A stretch of DNA of 64,000 nucleotides from Alphaproteobacteria bacterium (GCA_045635565.1 JAZTVX010000021.1:15078-79077); one strand, 5' to 3'. Counted from the stretch's first letter, positions 10,432 through 20,243 are shown. Numbers and translations: made by a program. Notes: generated from the sequence alone by a model not told the origin.

Positions 10432-10479
10432 ATTCCTTCATACACATAGTTTATAAAGGGATATATTATATTATGTCAA

Positions 10480-10510
10480 TAAAAAAAACGGCTTAAATAA
10501 GCCGTTTTTA
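10480..10510. terminator. Terminator downstream of the FadL-like gene (minus strand)
   Basis: aaacggcttaaataagccgttt hairpin with an A-run and a T-run. Confidence 0.6.
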
Positions 10511-10528
10511 TAAGATAAGATTCAACTG

Positions 10529-11842
10529 TTAGAATTTATATTGGAATCCTAAACTAAACATATCTGCATCAGCACTGTATTTTAAATTTGTTTCGGATTC
10601 TCCATTAGCTTCACCGTGAGCCGTTCCACCGTGTACGAAAATGTGCGTATAGCCGGCATCAAACTGCCAATTATTGATTTTATAACTAGCACCCAAAGAA
10701 GTTAAAATACGACGTCCGTCAGGAATGCGAGCTGTCCGATATTCGGCTGATTTGATAACAGTTTCATCATATGCTACCCCTGTTCGGAAAGCCCAGTTTT
10801 TGTTGTATCTGTAATCCAAACCTAAAGAATAGAACCATGTGTTTTTCCAGTTTTCATGTGTTTGAGAAACAGCACTACCATCGGCTTTGCGAATGATATC
10901 AAGATTTTTGAAACGACTCCAACGTGTCCATTTTGCCGTACCGGAAAGTGTGAAACATTTATTCAAGTCATAAGCACCTGATAACACCAAAACTTCCGGA
11001 GTGATAACTTTGGCTTTGATGTCTTGTTTACCGTTCATGGATCCCGTCGGGATAAAACCACGTCCCGGAACATATGTTTGAGCAGGCATACCAGAAATTT
11101 TTAAATCACCTTCCAATTCATGAGAAACTTTCGAACGAAAAGCAACACCCAAACGAATATCTTTGCGAGGAGTTATAGTTGCCCCCAATGTATAGCCGAC
11201 CCCGTAATCATCACCACGTAAATCATTGGCACCGGTATCAAAATATAAACCGTTGCTTTCAACTGAACCACCTAAACGTGCCGTAATATATTGAATATTC
11301 AACGCTGCTCCTAAAGCAACCATGTCTGTTACCTGATAAGAAAGAGCAGGACTGACATTGATGGCAGATAATTGACTGATACCGGCATGAGATTGTGCAA
11401 ACCAATCATTTTTATAGTCAGTTGCCAACCCATATGGAACATAAACGCCCAATCCCAAAGTCGCTTTATCATTGATTTTTTGTTGAGCAAATACGTGACC
11501 TAATACACGTGTCGGACGCGTATGACCACTCCCTGAACGATTACCTAAACGAGGCATACCATTTGCATCAACTGAACCTTGAGTTTCAATTGAACCTTTA
11601 TAATCAAAATGTAAACTAACAACAGAAGCACCGGCTTGGAACCCGCTTTTATCATTGTATTGCATACCGGCCGGATTGAAAGCAAGTGCGGAATAATCAT
11701 CAGCTACAACACCTTGACCTGCAAAAGAACGTCCCATGCTTGTTGTTGAATATTCCGATAAGTGCCAACCGGCAGCAAATGATTGATTGGCAATTAAACT
11801 TAAAGCGATAGTACTAACCGCCATTGTCATTGTTTTTTTCAT
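10529..11842 (-). CDS. FadL/TodX-family outer-membrane beta-barrel transporter for hydrophobic compounds
   Basis: Signal peptide, then GWHLSEYSTTSMGRSFAGQGVVADD..ALAFNPAGM, which is FadL-like. Alternating beta-strand pattern ending in a C-terminal Phe. Confidence 0.75.
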   Translation of the reverse strand: MKKTMTMAVSTIALSLIANQSFAAGWHLSEYSTTSMGRSFAGQGVVADDYSALAFNPAGMQYNDKSGFQAGASVVSLHFDYKGSIETQGSVDANGMPRLGNRSGSGHTRPTRVLGHVFAQQKINDKATLGLGVYVPYGLATDYKNDWFAQSHAGISQLSAINVSPALSYQVTDMVALGAALNIQYITARLGGSVESNGLYFDTGANDLRGDDYGVGYTLGATITPRKDIRLGVAFRSKVSHELEGDLKISGMPAQTYVPGRGFIPTGSMNGKQDIKAKVITPEVLVLSGAYDLNKCFTLSGTAKWTRWSRFKNLDIIRKADGSAVSQTHENWKNTWFYSLGLDYRYNKNWAFRTGVAYDETVIKSAEYRTARIPDGRRILTSLGASYKINNWQFDAGYTHIFVHGGTAHGEANGESETNLKYSADADMFSLGFQYKF

Positions 11843-12065
11843 TTGATAACTCCATATAATATTGAAAAAAAAACTAGTTGTTATTTGCCATTTAATGCTA
11901 TTTTATGCAATCTGTTTTTGATTTTTTGTAACAAAATGTCATAAATGTGTATTTGTATTGTCATATTTTTGTCACAAAACATAATATTTATGTGAAATAA
12001 GAAAAATACATTGTATTTTATTGAAAAAAATAATACTATCCTAAATTAGAAATGAAAGGATACAC

Positions 12066-12980
12066 ATGATTTACATAAAGTTAATAATCGGTTTGGCACT
12101 ATTAGTTTATGGTGGTAATATGCTTGTTGACGGTTCTGTCAAATTGGCTAAACGTTTGGGGATTTCTTCTTTGTTGATTGGTTTGGTTTTGGTTGGTTTT
12201 GGAACGTCAACGCCTGAATTGGTTGCCAGTTTGATTTCTGTTTTTGAAAATTCTGAAGGGATTGCCGTTGGTAATGTTGTCGGTAGTAATATTGCCAATA
12301 TTTTACTCGTATTAGGGGCTGCGTCCGTTATGTATCCCGTTTCGATTGATATTAAGGCATTTCGACGGGATGGGGTGATGTTAGGTATCAGCACAGTTGC
12401 TTTGATTATTGCGGCACTATCGGGAGTAATCAGTCGTTTCGCAGGTGTTGTGATGGTTTTGTGTCTGTTGGGATATATTTGTTATTCATATTATGTTGAT
12501 AGAAAAACACATTTGGAAGAAAAAAATAATGAAGCCTTACCAAATGGTTGGCTGGCTTTGGCACAGGCATTTGTTGGTATTGCTTTGACAGCATATGGGG
12601 CTGATTTGTTGGTTAAAAATGCCATTGAAGTATCAAAATTATGGCATGTATCGGATTCGGTCATCGGTTTAACAATTGTAGCAGTTGGTACGTCATTGCC
12701 AGAATTGACCGCTTCAGTTGTTGCTTCATTTAAAAAAGAAAATGGTGTTGCATTTGGTAATGTTGTCGGTAGTAATATTTATAATGCCTTATTTATTTTG
12801 GGAACGGTTTCCGTTTGTAAACCCGTTAATATTCCGACCGGTATGGAAAAAGATATACTCATTATGACAATTGTAACAATATTATTGTGTAGTATTGCAA
12901 TATGGCAAAAAAAATTCACACGGTTGGTAGGAGTATTGTTTTTATTGTCTTATGTCATATATACCTGGTTGTTGTTTTAA
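12066..12980 (+). CDS. Ca2+/Na+ antiporter, CaCA family (YrbG-like)
   Basis: Two alpha-repeat motifs GNVVGSNIANILLVLG and GNVVGSNIYNALFILG. Confidence 0.8.
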   Translation: MIYIKLIIGLALLVYGGNMLVDGSVKLAKRLGISSLLIGLVLVGFGTSTPELVASLISVFENSEGIAVGNVVGSNIANILLVLGAASVMYPVSIDIKAFRRDGVMLGISTVALIIAALSGVISRFAGVVMVLCLLGYICYSYYVDRKTHLEEKNNEALPNGWLALAQAFVGIALTAYGADLLVKNAIEVSKLWHVSDSVIGLTIVAVGTSLPELTASVVASFKKENGVAFGNVVGSNIYNALFILGTVSVCKPVNIPTGMEKDILIMTIVTILLCSIAIWQKKFTRLVGVLFLLSYVIYTWLLF

Positions 12981-12989
12981 GGAGTAAGT

Positions 12990-14084
12990 ATGGTTAAAAC
13001 GGTTGCTGTTGGGCTAAGTGGCGGTATTGATTCGACACTTGCAGCCTTGTTGTTGTTAGAGCAGGGGTATCATGTTATCGGTTTAACAATGTCCATTTAC
13101 AATAAAGATATTCCAAATTTAAAACCGGCCGATAATTCGTGTTACGGTCCTGTTGAAAAACAAGATATTCAAGTTGCCCGTAATATCGGTAAACAATATG
13201 GTTTTGATGTTCATGTATTGGACTGTTCGGAAGATTATAAAAAATTGGTTTTATCTTATTTTAAGCAATCTTATTTATCGGGAATAACACCTAATCCCTG
13301 TATTAAGTGTAATGAAATAATGAAATTTGGTATGCTTCATGATAAAGCCCGTGATATGGGAATTGCCTTTGATTATTTTGCAACCGGTCATTATGCTCGT
13401 ATTCATAAGGATAATCATTTTGTTTTACAAAAAGGGATTGATATAAAAAAAGATCAAAGTTATTTCTTATATCGGTTATCACAACAGACACTTTCAGAAA
13501 CGCTTTTTCCCTTGGGTAACTTGACGAAGGAACAAGTGCGGATGATGGCTCGTGAACGGGGACTTTCTGTCGCTGATAAAGCAGATAGTCAAGACTTTTA
13601 CAGTGGTGATTACGTTGATTTGTTGGAAGAGAAACCTCGTACAGGGAATATTATTCATGTTTCCGGTCGTATTTTGGGAACACATCGTGGATTTTGGAAT
13701 TATACAATTGGTCAACGTAAGGGGTTGGGTATATCATTTCCTGTTCCGTTATTTGTGGTTGATATTGATGCCCAAAATAATCATGTGATTGTTGGGGAAG
13801 CTGAAACAACCTATATATCAGAAACGATATTAACGGATATTGTTTGTCATGATAGAGATATTTTGTCAAATTCAAAACCTGTTTTGGCCAAGTATCGGTC
13901 CTCGGGCAAGGAAGTTCCTGCTCAATTATTTTATGATAAGGAAAATGATAAAATACATATTGTTTTCGATGAACCACAACGAGCCGTAACACGAGGACAA
14001 TCTTTGGTTTGTTATTCATGTGAAGATGATATATCCGTTCTATGTGGTGGTATTATTCAAGATGTTATCAAAACGAATATTTAG
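12990..14084 (+). CDS. mnmA: tRNA-specific 2-thiouridylase
   Basis: PP-loop VAVGLSGGIDS, a conserved Cys, and a MnmA-like central and C-terminal domain. 364 aa. Confidence 0.9.
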   Translation: MVKTVAVGLSGGIDSTLAALLLLEQGYHVIGLTMSIYNKDIPNLKPADNSCYGPVEKQDIQVARNIGKQYGFDVHVLDCSEDYKKLVLSYFKQSYLSGITPNPCIKCNEIMKFGMLHDKARDMGIAFDYFATGHYARIHKDNHFVLQKGIDIKKDQSYFLYRLSQQTLSETLFPLGNLTKEQVRMMARERGLSVADKADSQDFYSGDYVDLLEEKPRTGNIIHVSGRILGTHRGFWNYTIGQRKGLGISFPVPLFVVDIDAQNNHVIVGEAETTYISETILTDIVCHDRDILSNSKPVLAKYRSSGKEVPAQLFYDKENDKIHIVFDEPQRAVTRGQSLVCYSCEDDISVLCGGIIQDVIKTNI

Positions 14085-14270
14085 AAAATATCTAAACAAT
14101 TTTTTCTGTAAATCACTAAATATCTATTAAAGACTTTTTTCTGTTGCATGAAGTATGGCAATCGATTCGTTTTTAATGTTTTGTGTATTTATTAAAAGAC
14201 AAAAAAAGGCTTTTGCTAAACGATAAAACCTGCTTAAAAATAACATTTAAAAATCAATATATTCTCTTTA

Positions 14271-14443
14271 AAAAACGTGTCAAAAAAAGGTACGTTATTT
14301 TTCCCATACTATTATGCGAAATACCTCTTGTCAACTAAAAAATACAATCATCTGATTTTTATGTGTTTTTTATCCTCGTATAAGCCCTTTCCGTTTCTCA
14401 AAAAAAAGCGTCAAAAAAACGTACCTTTTTTTGACACGTTTTT
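14271..14443. repeat. A 121-bp segment flanked by perfect 26-bp inverted repeats, upstream of the cysteine-rich prepilin-like gene
   Basis: aaaaacgtgtcaaaaaaaggtacgtt (14271-14296) is the exact reverse complement of aacgtacctttttttgacacgttttt (14418-14443). The enclosed segment carries TTGACA-17-TAGTAT on the minus strand, pointing away from the gene. Confidence 0.6.
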
Positions 14444-14489
14444 TTAAGGGAAGGTTTTGATTTTTTGAGACTATTTTAATGGAGGTTTT

Positions 14490-17400
14490 ATGATTCGCAA
14501 AGTGCCTTTTTTGAAACAATTTTATACACAAAAAACACAAGAATATGGCCGCAGTATGGTTGAAATCTTGGGCGTTTTGGCAGTGATTGGTGTTTTATCC
14601 GCTGGTGGGATTTACGGGTATTCGTTTGCTATGGATAAGTATCGGGCAAACGATATTGTGTATGAAGTCAATCTGCGTGCCAATGATATCTGGCATAAAT
14701 ATCAGGAAATGCCTTTGCCTGAACCGAGTGAAGATGGCACGGATTTTGATGAATTTCCAGATACAACGGGAACGGGTTATCCGATTTATATGACATCACA
14801 CCCCGATGTGGCTTTTAAAACATATGTTGAAGGTGTTTCTTCCCGTGTGTGTAAAAATGTTGTGAACATGAACTTAAATGGTGTTGTAAAAGGCATACAA
14901 TTTGTGCAGGTTGCCCAAGGGGACGGGGGTTTGGTCAAATATACAGGCAGTGCATTGATTTGTGGGGAAGATGAAACAGATAATACAATCGTTTTTACAT
15001 CATTTTTAGATTCGGAAAACAATGAAGCAGGTACAGGACAAAGTGGCGACCCATGCGTTGAAAATGCCGATTGTTCCAGCCTCTGTGGAACAGTAACCTG
15101 TGATGCCGATAAAATGATTTGTCAAAATGAATGTACGGGAACGGATAAACCGTATTGTTATGATAATGGTGAAACAGGCACTTGTGTAGAATGTATGGTT
15201 AATCAAGATTGTGTTTCACACGGAGAAAATTACGTTTGTAATATGTCGGACCATACCTGTCAAGAAATGCGTGTTTGTAATGAAGGTAAAAATTATGATT
15301 CGTCTAAACCCCAAGAATACCGTGCTAAAAACGGGGCGTGTATTCCTTGTGTGGATATTAACGCTATTGAAATCAGTTTAGATAAATTTACCGATACCAC
15401 ATTAAATATAGAAGATGATACAACAGGGGAAGAACAATGTAACGCTTGTAATAATACGCATACGGTCACGATTGATGAAGCCAATAATACGGCTTATTGT
15501 GGTGTTGGTTGTATTCGGGGTGTGACATACGAATCATTAAATGACGGTTGTATTCCATGCCGAAAACCAGATGGCTCGCCGAATGATACGGCATACCAAA
15601 TTCCAGTAACAACAAAAGCCCGTGGTTTATGTGAGGCCTGTAATCTTATCTGGTGGCGATATTCTTATCAACTAGACCGGTGTGATTACATGCCTAAAAC
15701 ATGCCCAGAAGGAACATTTGCTGTATTTGGTTACACAGATAATCCTCGCTGTGAACCCTGTACGAATCCAAATCGTGTTACTGTAATTGCTTGGGATGGG
15801 GGACGACATTTAGGTTCGTCCGTCTGGACGACAGATAAAATTAAGGCATCGTGTACATCTTGTCCGGAAAGAACAAAAGATGGGGTTTGGGCAAAACGTG
15901 AAGTTGTCTATGAAAATGTGAATGGTGCTCCTTGGCATTGTATTCCTATTTGCGAACAACCTGATGAAGAAGCTTCAATTGTAGCCTGTACCGATGCTGA
16001 TGACAGTACAGTTTGTAAACGAAAATATAGAAGTAATGGTGAGTGCTATGCATGTGATGATTCGTCTAATCGAATAATAGATACAGGTGGAACAGATGAA
16101 ATAGATACCTATGAAGAAAAAATCTGTATTGCTTGTGGACGCAAGGTTAAAAATGGGTATTGTATCTTGGAAAACACATGTGGTTTAGGACAGGTAAGAT
16201 TAAAAAACGGCACTTGTCTTTCGTGTGATAAAGAGGGATTTCGTCCTGAAATTGTTGATGAAGATGATTCGGGTTGTTTGAAAAACTGTCGTAAGAAAGG
16301 GAATGATTACAGTACAGATTCAGATGCAACAGAAACACGTTGGATATATGATAATGGGACAACAAAGTATTGTTTAAAAATTTGCCCACAAGAACAATGG
16401 CAAAACAGAAATGGCGTTTGTTTTGATTGTTCTGATGAGATGGGTAAAGAATATTCAACACACTCAACTGATTCACCAGGTAAATATTGTTCGGACCGTT
16501 GCCCTAATAGAGAGTTGACACAAGTATGGGGTGATGTTTGCCGATTAAAAATGTGCCCTCCTGATAAAGATGGTACTATTCGTTATCGGGGAAATTTGGG
16601 TGAATGTATGAGATGTGATTTTACCGGTTCAAGAGGAAATGTCCCCAATTCATGGGTAGCAAAAGCACAATGCGATTTATGCAGTAATCGTATTCATAAT
16701 GGTGGAGCAGATTTATACGGTCTTTGTGTTTTAGTTGATCCTGGTGTTAGTGGTGTTTGTAACAGTCAAAATTGGACCATACCATCAAAATTAGCAAGCG
16801 ATCATCCTGATTTATATGATGAACTTCAAGAATATGTTCGTGGTGAACATGATGGTAAATATTTTAGAGATAATGAAGGATTCTGTCATTCTTGCACGAC
16901 TGACAAGGCTGTTTCAACATCACAGGCACAATGTAATCTTTGCAATATTAAGATTATGCAACGTACATACAGTGGCAAGGTCTGTTCATTAGGTGGTTGT
17001 CAAACAAATGAATTTATGAACAACACGCCTGATTGTATCAAATGTACGCCTGCGACAGAACCAAGTTCTTATATCAATGCCACTTATCAACTCAAAATGG
17101 GGCATACGGCAACATGTGGGCAATGTGGCAATCGTCAAATATTGACAGTAGGTTCCAATAATTTGCAATATTGTGTTCCGAATGTTTGTTTGGTTGGTTC
17201 GGAATGGCAATCGGCAAGCAATGGTAAATGCAAACTGTGTCAAGAAGATAATGCTGTTCATGAAAACGGAACAGAAGCCATTTATCGTCAACAATGCGAA
17301 GCCTGTAACCGTGTCGCATTCAGTCAGGAAGCCAATGGGAAAACATCATGGTATTGTTCCAAGTTAGCAACAGATGGCACATTTATTGATAGCACAGGTA

Positions 17401-17537
17401 ATGTGAAAAGTTGTTCGACATCAGGCGATACGCAAATTGCCAATACCACCAAAGCAAGAAATATTTGTGAAGCAAGTGGATGCGATAGAGTTGCTCAATC
17501 AGATGCAAATGGCAATTGGTGGTGTGTCAAAGATTAA
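14490..17537 (+). CDS. Large secreted protein with a prepilin-like leader and an extremely cysteine-rich CxxC-repeat domain
   Basis: The leader MIRKVPFLKQFYTQKTQEYG|RSMVEILGVLAVIGVL has Gly at -1 and Glu at +5. Dozens of CxxC units follow, for example CIPCxxxDG, CEPCTNPN, CTSCPERT, CLSCDKEG. 1015 aa. RBS GGAGG. Confidence 0.6.
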   Translation: MIRKVPFLKQFYTQKTQEYGRSMVEILGVLAVIGVLSAGGIYGYSFAMDKYRANDIVYEVNLRANDIWHKYQEMPLPEPSEDGTDFDEFPDTTGTGYPIYMTSHPDVAFKTYVEGVSSRVCKNVVNMNLNGVVKGIQFVQVAQGDGGLVKYTGSALICGEDETDNTIVFTSFLDSENNEAGTGQSGDPCVENADCSSLCGTVTCDADKMICQNECTGTDKPYCYDNGETGTCVECMVNQDCVSHGENYVCNMSDHTCQEMRVCNEGKNYDSSKPQEYRAKNGACIPCVDINAIEISLDKFTDTTLNIEDDTTGEEQCNACNNTHTVTIDEANNTAYCGVGCIRGVTYESLNDGCIPCRKPDGSPNDTAYQIPVTTKARGLCEACNLIWWRYSYQLDRCDYMPKTCPEGTFAVFGYTDNPRCEPCTNPNRVTVIAWDGGRHLGSSVWTTDKIKASCTSCPERTKDGVWAKREVVYENVNGAPWHCIPICEQPDEEASIVACTDADDSTVCKRKYRSNGECYACDDSSNRIIDTGGTDEIDTYEEKICIACGRKVKNGYCILENTCGLGQVRLKNGTCLSCDKEGFRPEIVDEDDSGCLKNCRKKGNDYSTDSDATETRWIYDNGTTKYCLKICPQEQWQNRNGVCFDCSDEMGKEYSTHSTDSPGKYCSDRCPNRELTQVWGDVCRLKMCPPDKDGTIRYRGNLGECMRCDFTGSRGNVPNSWVAKAQCDLCSNRIHNGGADLYGLCVLVDPGVSGVCNSQNWTIPSKLASDHPDLYDELQEYVRGEHDGKYFRDNEGFCHSCTTDKAVSTSQAQCNLCNIKIMQRTYSGKVCSLGGCQTNEFMNNTPDCIKCTPATEPSSYINATYQLKMGHTATCGQCGNRQILTVGSNNLQYCVPNVCLVGSEWQSASNGKCKLCQEDNAVHENGTEAIYRQQCEACNRVAFSQEANGKTSWYCSKLATDGTFIDSTGNVKSCSTSGDTQIANTTKARNICEASGCDRVAQSDANGNWWCVKD

Positions 17538-17563
17538 ATGAGTTTTGTATGTTGCTAAATGAT

Positions 17564-17591
17564 GTCTCCCGCTGTTTGAACAGCGGGAGAC
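17564..17591. terminator. GC-rich hairpin between the convergent genes at 14490 and metK. Probably a terminator.
   Basis: gtctcccgctg-tttgaa-cagcgggagac. The T-tract is weak. Confidence 0.45.
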
Positions 17592-17617
17592 TATTGATTT
17601 GAAAAGAGTTCCTTGTA

Positions 17618-18682
17618 CTAAATGTAAAACATCAATCCTTCTTTGCAAAGATTTGAATAAATTGGTTTATTTAAGTTTAGTTTTTGAATAATTTCTATGG
17701 GTTTGTCGGCAATGTGTAATGTTTGAACTGAAACCTTGTTATTTTTGATTGTTTTGACAATTGCACTGGGTAATAATGCTTTTCCGATACAAGAAGATAA
17801 ATATACAAAGCATTCATCATTATCGTTCAGATATTGTTTTGCCAAATAACGAGCATATAAGTTAAGAGTTAAATCAGCTTTACTGGTATCTTTTGTCCAC
17901 GGACTGCCACCACCAACAGGGCAGGCTGTTGAATAAAAATCACAAGCCAATTTGCGACCGGTAATACCACAATCAGCAATAGCAGAATGATACGTGTAAT
18001 TACCTGTACCGTTAATAATAATGTTAATTGGTTTTTGTCCAAGCGTATCGATTATAAAATCAGTTAAATCTTCATTATGGAGCATAGGAATAGCAACAAT
18101 TGCCGTTTGAATGACACCCTTATCATCAATTGTGATTTGTGTTTTAATATCCAAACCCAAATTATCCGATGAATGGGCTTTTTGATAGAGTGCATTGTTT
18201 AATTGACGAGCCAGAACGAGTTCAATCGGCATGTTTTCCCGACCTTGACAGGCATAACCGACAAAAACGCCTTGATCGCCCCAACCGTCTTGATGAATGC
18301 CTTGTAAAATTTCACCGGATTGAATCCCTAATAAATTGATAACCCTAATTTGATGGATATTGATTGCTTTGTCTTGCCAAATCGAGGTATAACGCTCATT
18401 ATAGCCAATGGCTCGCAAGGCTTCTTTAACTGTTTCGGTTAAATCAGGTAATTGAACGTGACCACTGATTTCACCACCTAAAATAACGGTATTATCTTTA
18501 ATTAACACTTCAACGGCATATTTGACTTGATTATCCGTTTCGATGAGTTTGTCCAATAAATAACTTGTAATGAAGTCTGCTGTTTTATCAGGGTGACCGA
18601 TTGATACGTATTCTGCTGTTTTTAGCATATTGTTTCCTTTCATTTTTTTTACATTTATTGTGAAAGGACAAGAAAAAAACAA
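17618..18682 (-). CDS. metK: S-adenosylmethionine synthetase family protein (short and divergent). The real start is likely the ATG at 18628.
   Basis: SIGHPDKTADFITS...VILGGEISG and C-terminal GGGSPWTKD resemble the MetK motifs GHPDK and GGGAFSGKD. The internal start is preceded by AGGAA. Confidence 0.55.
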   Translation of the reverse strand: MFFSCPFTINVKKMKGNNMLKTAEYVSIGHPDKTADFITSYLLDKLIETDNQVKYAVEVLIKDNTVILGGEISGHVQLPDLTETVKEALRAIGYNERYTSIWQDKAINIHQIRVINLLGIQSGEILQGIHQDGWGDQGVFVGYACQGRENMPIELVLARQLNNALYQKAHSSDNLGLDIKTQITIDDKGVIQTAIVAIPMLHNEDLTDFIIDTLGQKPINIIINGTGNYTYHSAIADCGITGRKLACDFYSTACPVGGGSPWTKDTSKADLTLNLYARYLAKQYLNDNDECFVYLSSCIGKALLPSAIVKTIKNNKVSVQTLHIADKPIEIIQKLNLNKPIYSNLCKEGLMFYI

Positions 18683-18872
18683 AAAGTCATCAATATAATA
18701 TTGACCTTTGTTGCTCTTTTTAGTCCGTTTGTAAAAGTATCGCTACTTTTTGAATCAGGACAAGTAGAGATAAATCCGATTCAGGCATATTGTATAATGT
18801 TTTTTTTGAAAATGCAAGTCATATCTTCGTATTTATTAAAATACAAAAAAAACCACACAAGGTGGTTTTAAA

Positions 18873-18949
18873 TGGCGATCCCGGAGCGATTCGAACGCCC
18901 GACCCACAGCTTAGAAGGCTGTTGCTCTATCCAGCTGAGCTACGGGACC
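18873..18949 (-). tRNA. tRNA-Arg (anticodon TCT)
   Basis: Cloverleaf derived by hand. Acceptor GGTCCCG/CGGGATC, anticodon loop CTTCTAA, T-loop TTCGAAT, genomically encoded CCA. Confidence 0.85.
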
Positions 18950-18996
18950 TTTATAAAAAGATAAAATATATTACTTTTAAACTTTTGTCAATACAT

Positions 18997-19752
18997 TTAT
19001 TCTAATTGTGTACCATTTCGCATGATTTTTTCGGCAATTTCTGTTCGTGTATTATCTTTTTGATGAATAATCAATCCTGAATGTAATTCAAATGGCTTTT
19101 TTGAACCCATAATACCACGTATGATGACTCGTTTGCACGGTTTTCCTTCTTTTGAAAATATTGGAATCACTTCTATGGCTCCGAGGGCCGTTTTATTCAA
19201 AATACTTAAAATTTCAGGTAAGGCTTCCGTTCGATGAATAAGTGTGAATGTTCCTTTTGCACGTACATGTTTTAAACAGTATGTAATCCAAAACGATAAA
19301 TCGACAACTTGATGATAGGCTTGAGCCGTTTGTTTATTTTCGCGTAGCAGATTTTCTGTGTAAAATGGTGGATTTGTCACAACATGATGAAATTGTCGTC
19401 CATGAATGCCAGAGGGAGAAACAGTAATATCTTCACAAATAAATTCAGGATGACATTGATTTAGAACAGAATTTTGACAAGCATAGGTATATAATTCTCG
19501 TTGCATTTCGATGCCTGTTAATTTTAATGAAGGAATACGGGCATTTAAACAATATAAAATAATACCGGTACCTGTGCCGACATCTAAAACGGTATCACCA
19601 GATTTTGCCCGAACGGCTGATGCCAACAACACAGCATCAGACGTTGCCCGATAACCGTTTTTATCTTGTATTAACTTTACTTTTCCATCTAGAAAATTAT
19701 CAATTGTTGTATTCATGTTTTCTCTTATGACACAGGGACAAAAAAAAATCAA
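18997..19752 (-). CDS. SAM-dependent methyltransferase with an NPPF motif (TrmN6/YfiC-like or N6-adenine/N5-glutamine class)
   Basis: DVGTGTGIILY is SAM-binding motif I. VVTNPPFY is motif IV. Confidence 0.5.
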   Translation of the reverse strand: MIFFCPCVIRENMNTTIDNFLDGKVKLIQDKNGYRATSDAVLLASAVRAKSGDTVLDVGTGTGIILYCLNARIPSLKLTGIEMQRELYTYACQNSVLNQCHPEFICEDITVSPSGIHGRQFHHVVTNPPFYTENLLRENKQTAQAYHQVVDLSFWITYCLKHVRAKGTFTLIHRTEALPEILSILNKTALGAIEVIPIFSKEGKPCKRVIIRGIMGSKKPFELHSGLIIHQKDNTRTEIAEKIMRNGTQLE

Positions 19753-19771
19753 GTGTTTTGTTTAATAAAAG

Positions 19772-19800
19772 TTGACAAAGAAAATGTTTTTTGTTAGTAT
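19772..19800 (+). promoter_or_regulatory. Sigma70-like promoter upstream of the lipoprotein gene
   Basis: TTGACA-17nt-TAGTAT, about 27 nt before the start codon. Confidence 0.4.
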
Positions 19801-19826
19801 GAAAAAGAAAAGCAGAAAGGAGAGTT

Positions 19827-20243
19827 TTGATGAACAATCAAGATTTAAAAAAAATGACGTTTTTAGGAGCCGTTGCATTGAGCGGTTGTACGGATACACA
19901 TGCCGTTCAGTCTTATGTTGATGCTTTACCACAGGAAGGTATCGTTACCGATTCGGCTATGTTCAACACATGTGAAGGAGTACCGGAAGCATATTATTTT
20001 GAAATCGATACAGATATTCAAAAACAAGGTGCTGAATATGCTGGTATTGTTCATTTTTCCTGCGGGAAAGAGGCTGTTTATACAGCACAGAAGGAATATC
20101 CGATTGGTGCTCCGATTAACATTCAAAAATCTGCTCCGATTTTTTCACGCTTATTGCATTTTAATGGTGGTGAAGCAACAGATTATGATGTGGTTTTACA
20201 AAAAGCCTGTTATGAAAAATTAAGAGTTAATACAAACGGATGA
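19827..20243 (+). CDS. Putative lipoprotein. Function unknown.
   Basis: Signal peptide with a lipobox, LSGC. Confidence 0.4.
   Translation: MMNNQDLKKMTFLGAVALSGCTDTHAVQSYVDALPQEGIVTDSAMFNTCEGVPEAYYFEIDTDIQKQGAEYAGIVHFSCGKEAVYTAQKEYPIGAPINIQKSAPIFSRLLHFNGGEATDYDVVLQKACYEKLRVNTNG

Noticed and set aside
12107-12394. 95-aa antisense ORF inside the CaCA antiporter gene
   Set aside because: It is opposite a conserved gene. It is the complement of the GNVVGSNI repeat region.
13303-14019. Several antisense or alternative-frame ORFs inside mnmA
   Set aside because: mnmA is strongly supported, so these are frame artefacts.
14443-14489. Forward-facing promoter between the right inverted repeat and the 14490 start
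   Set aside because: TTGATT has only 9-nt spacing to TATTTT. No acceptable -35/-10 pair was found. Given the AT-richness a weak promoter cannot be excluded.
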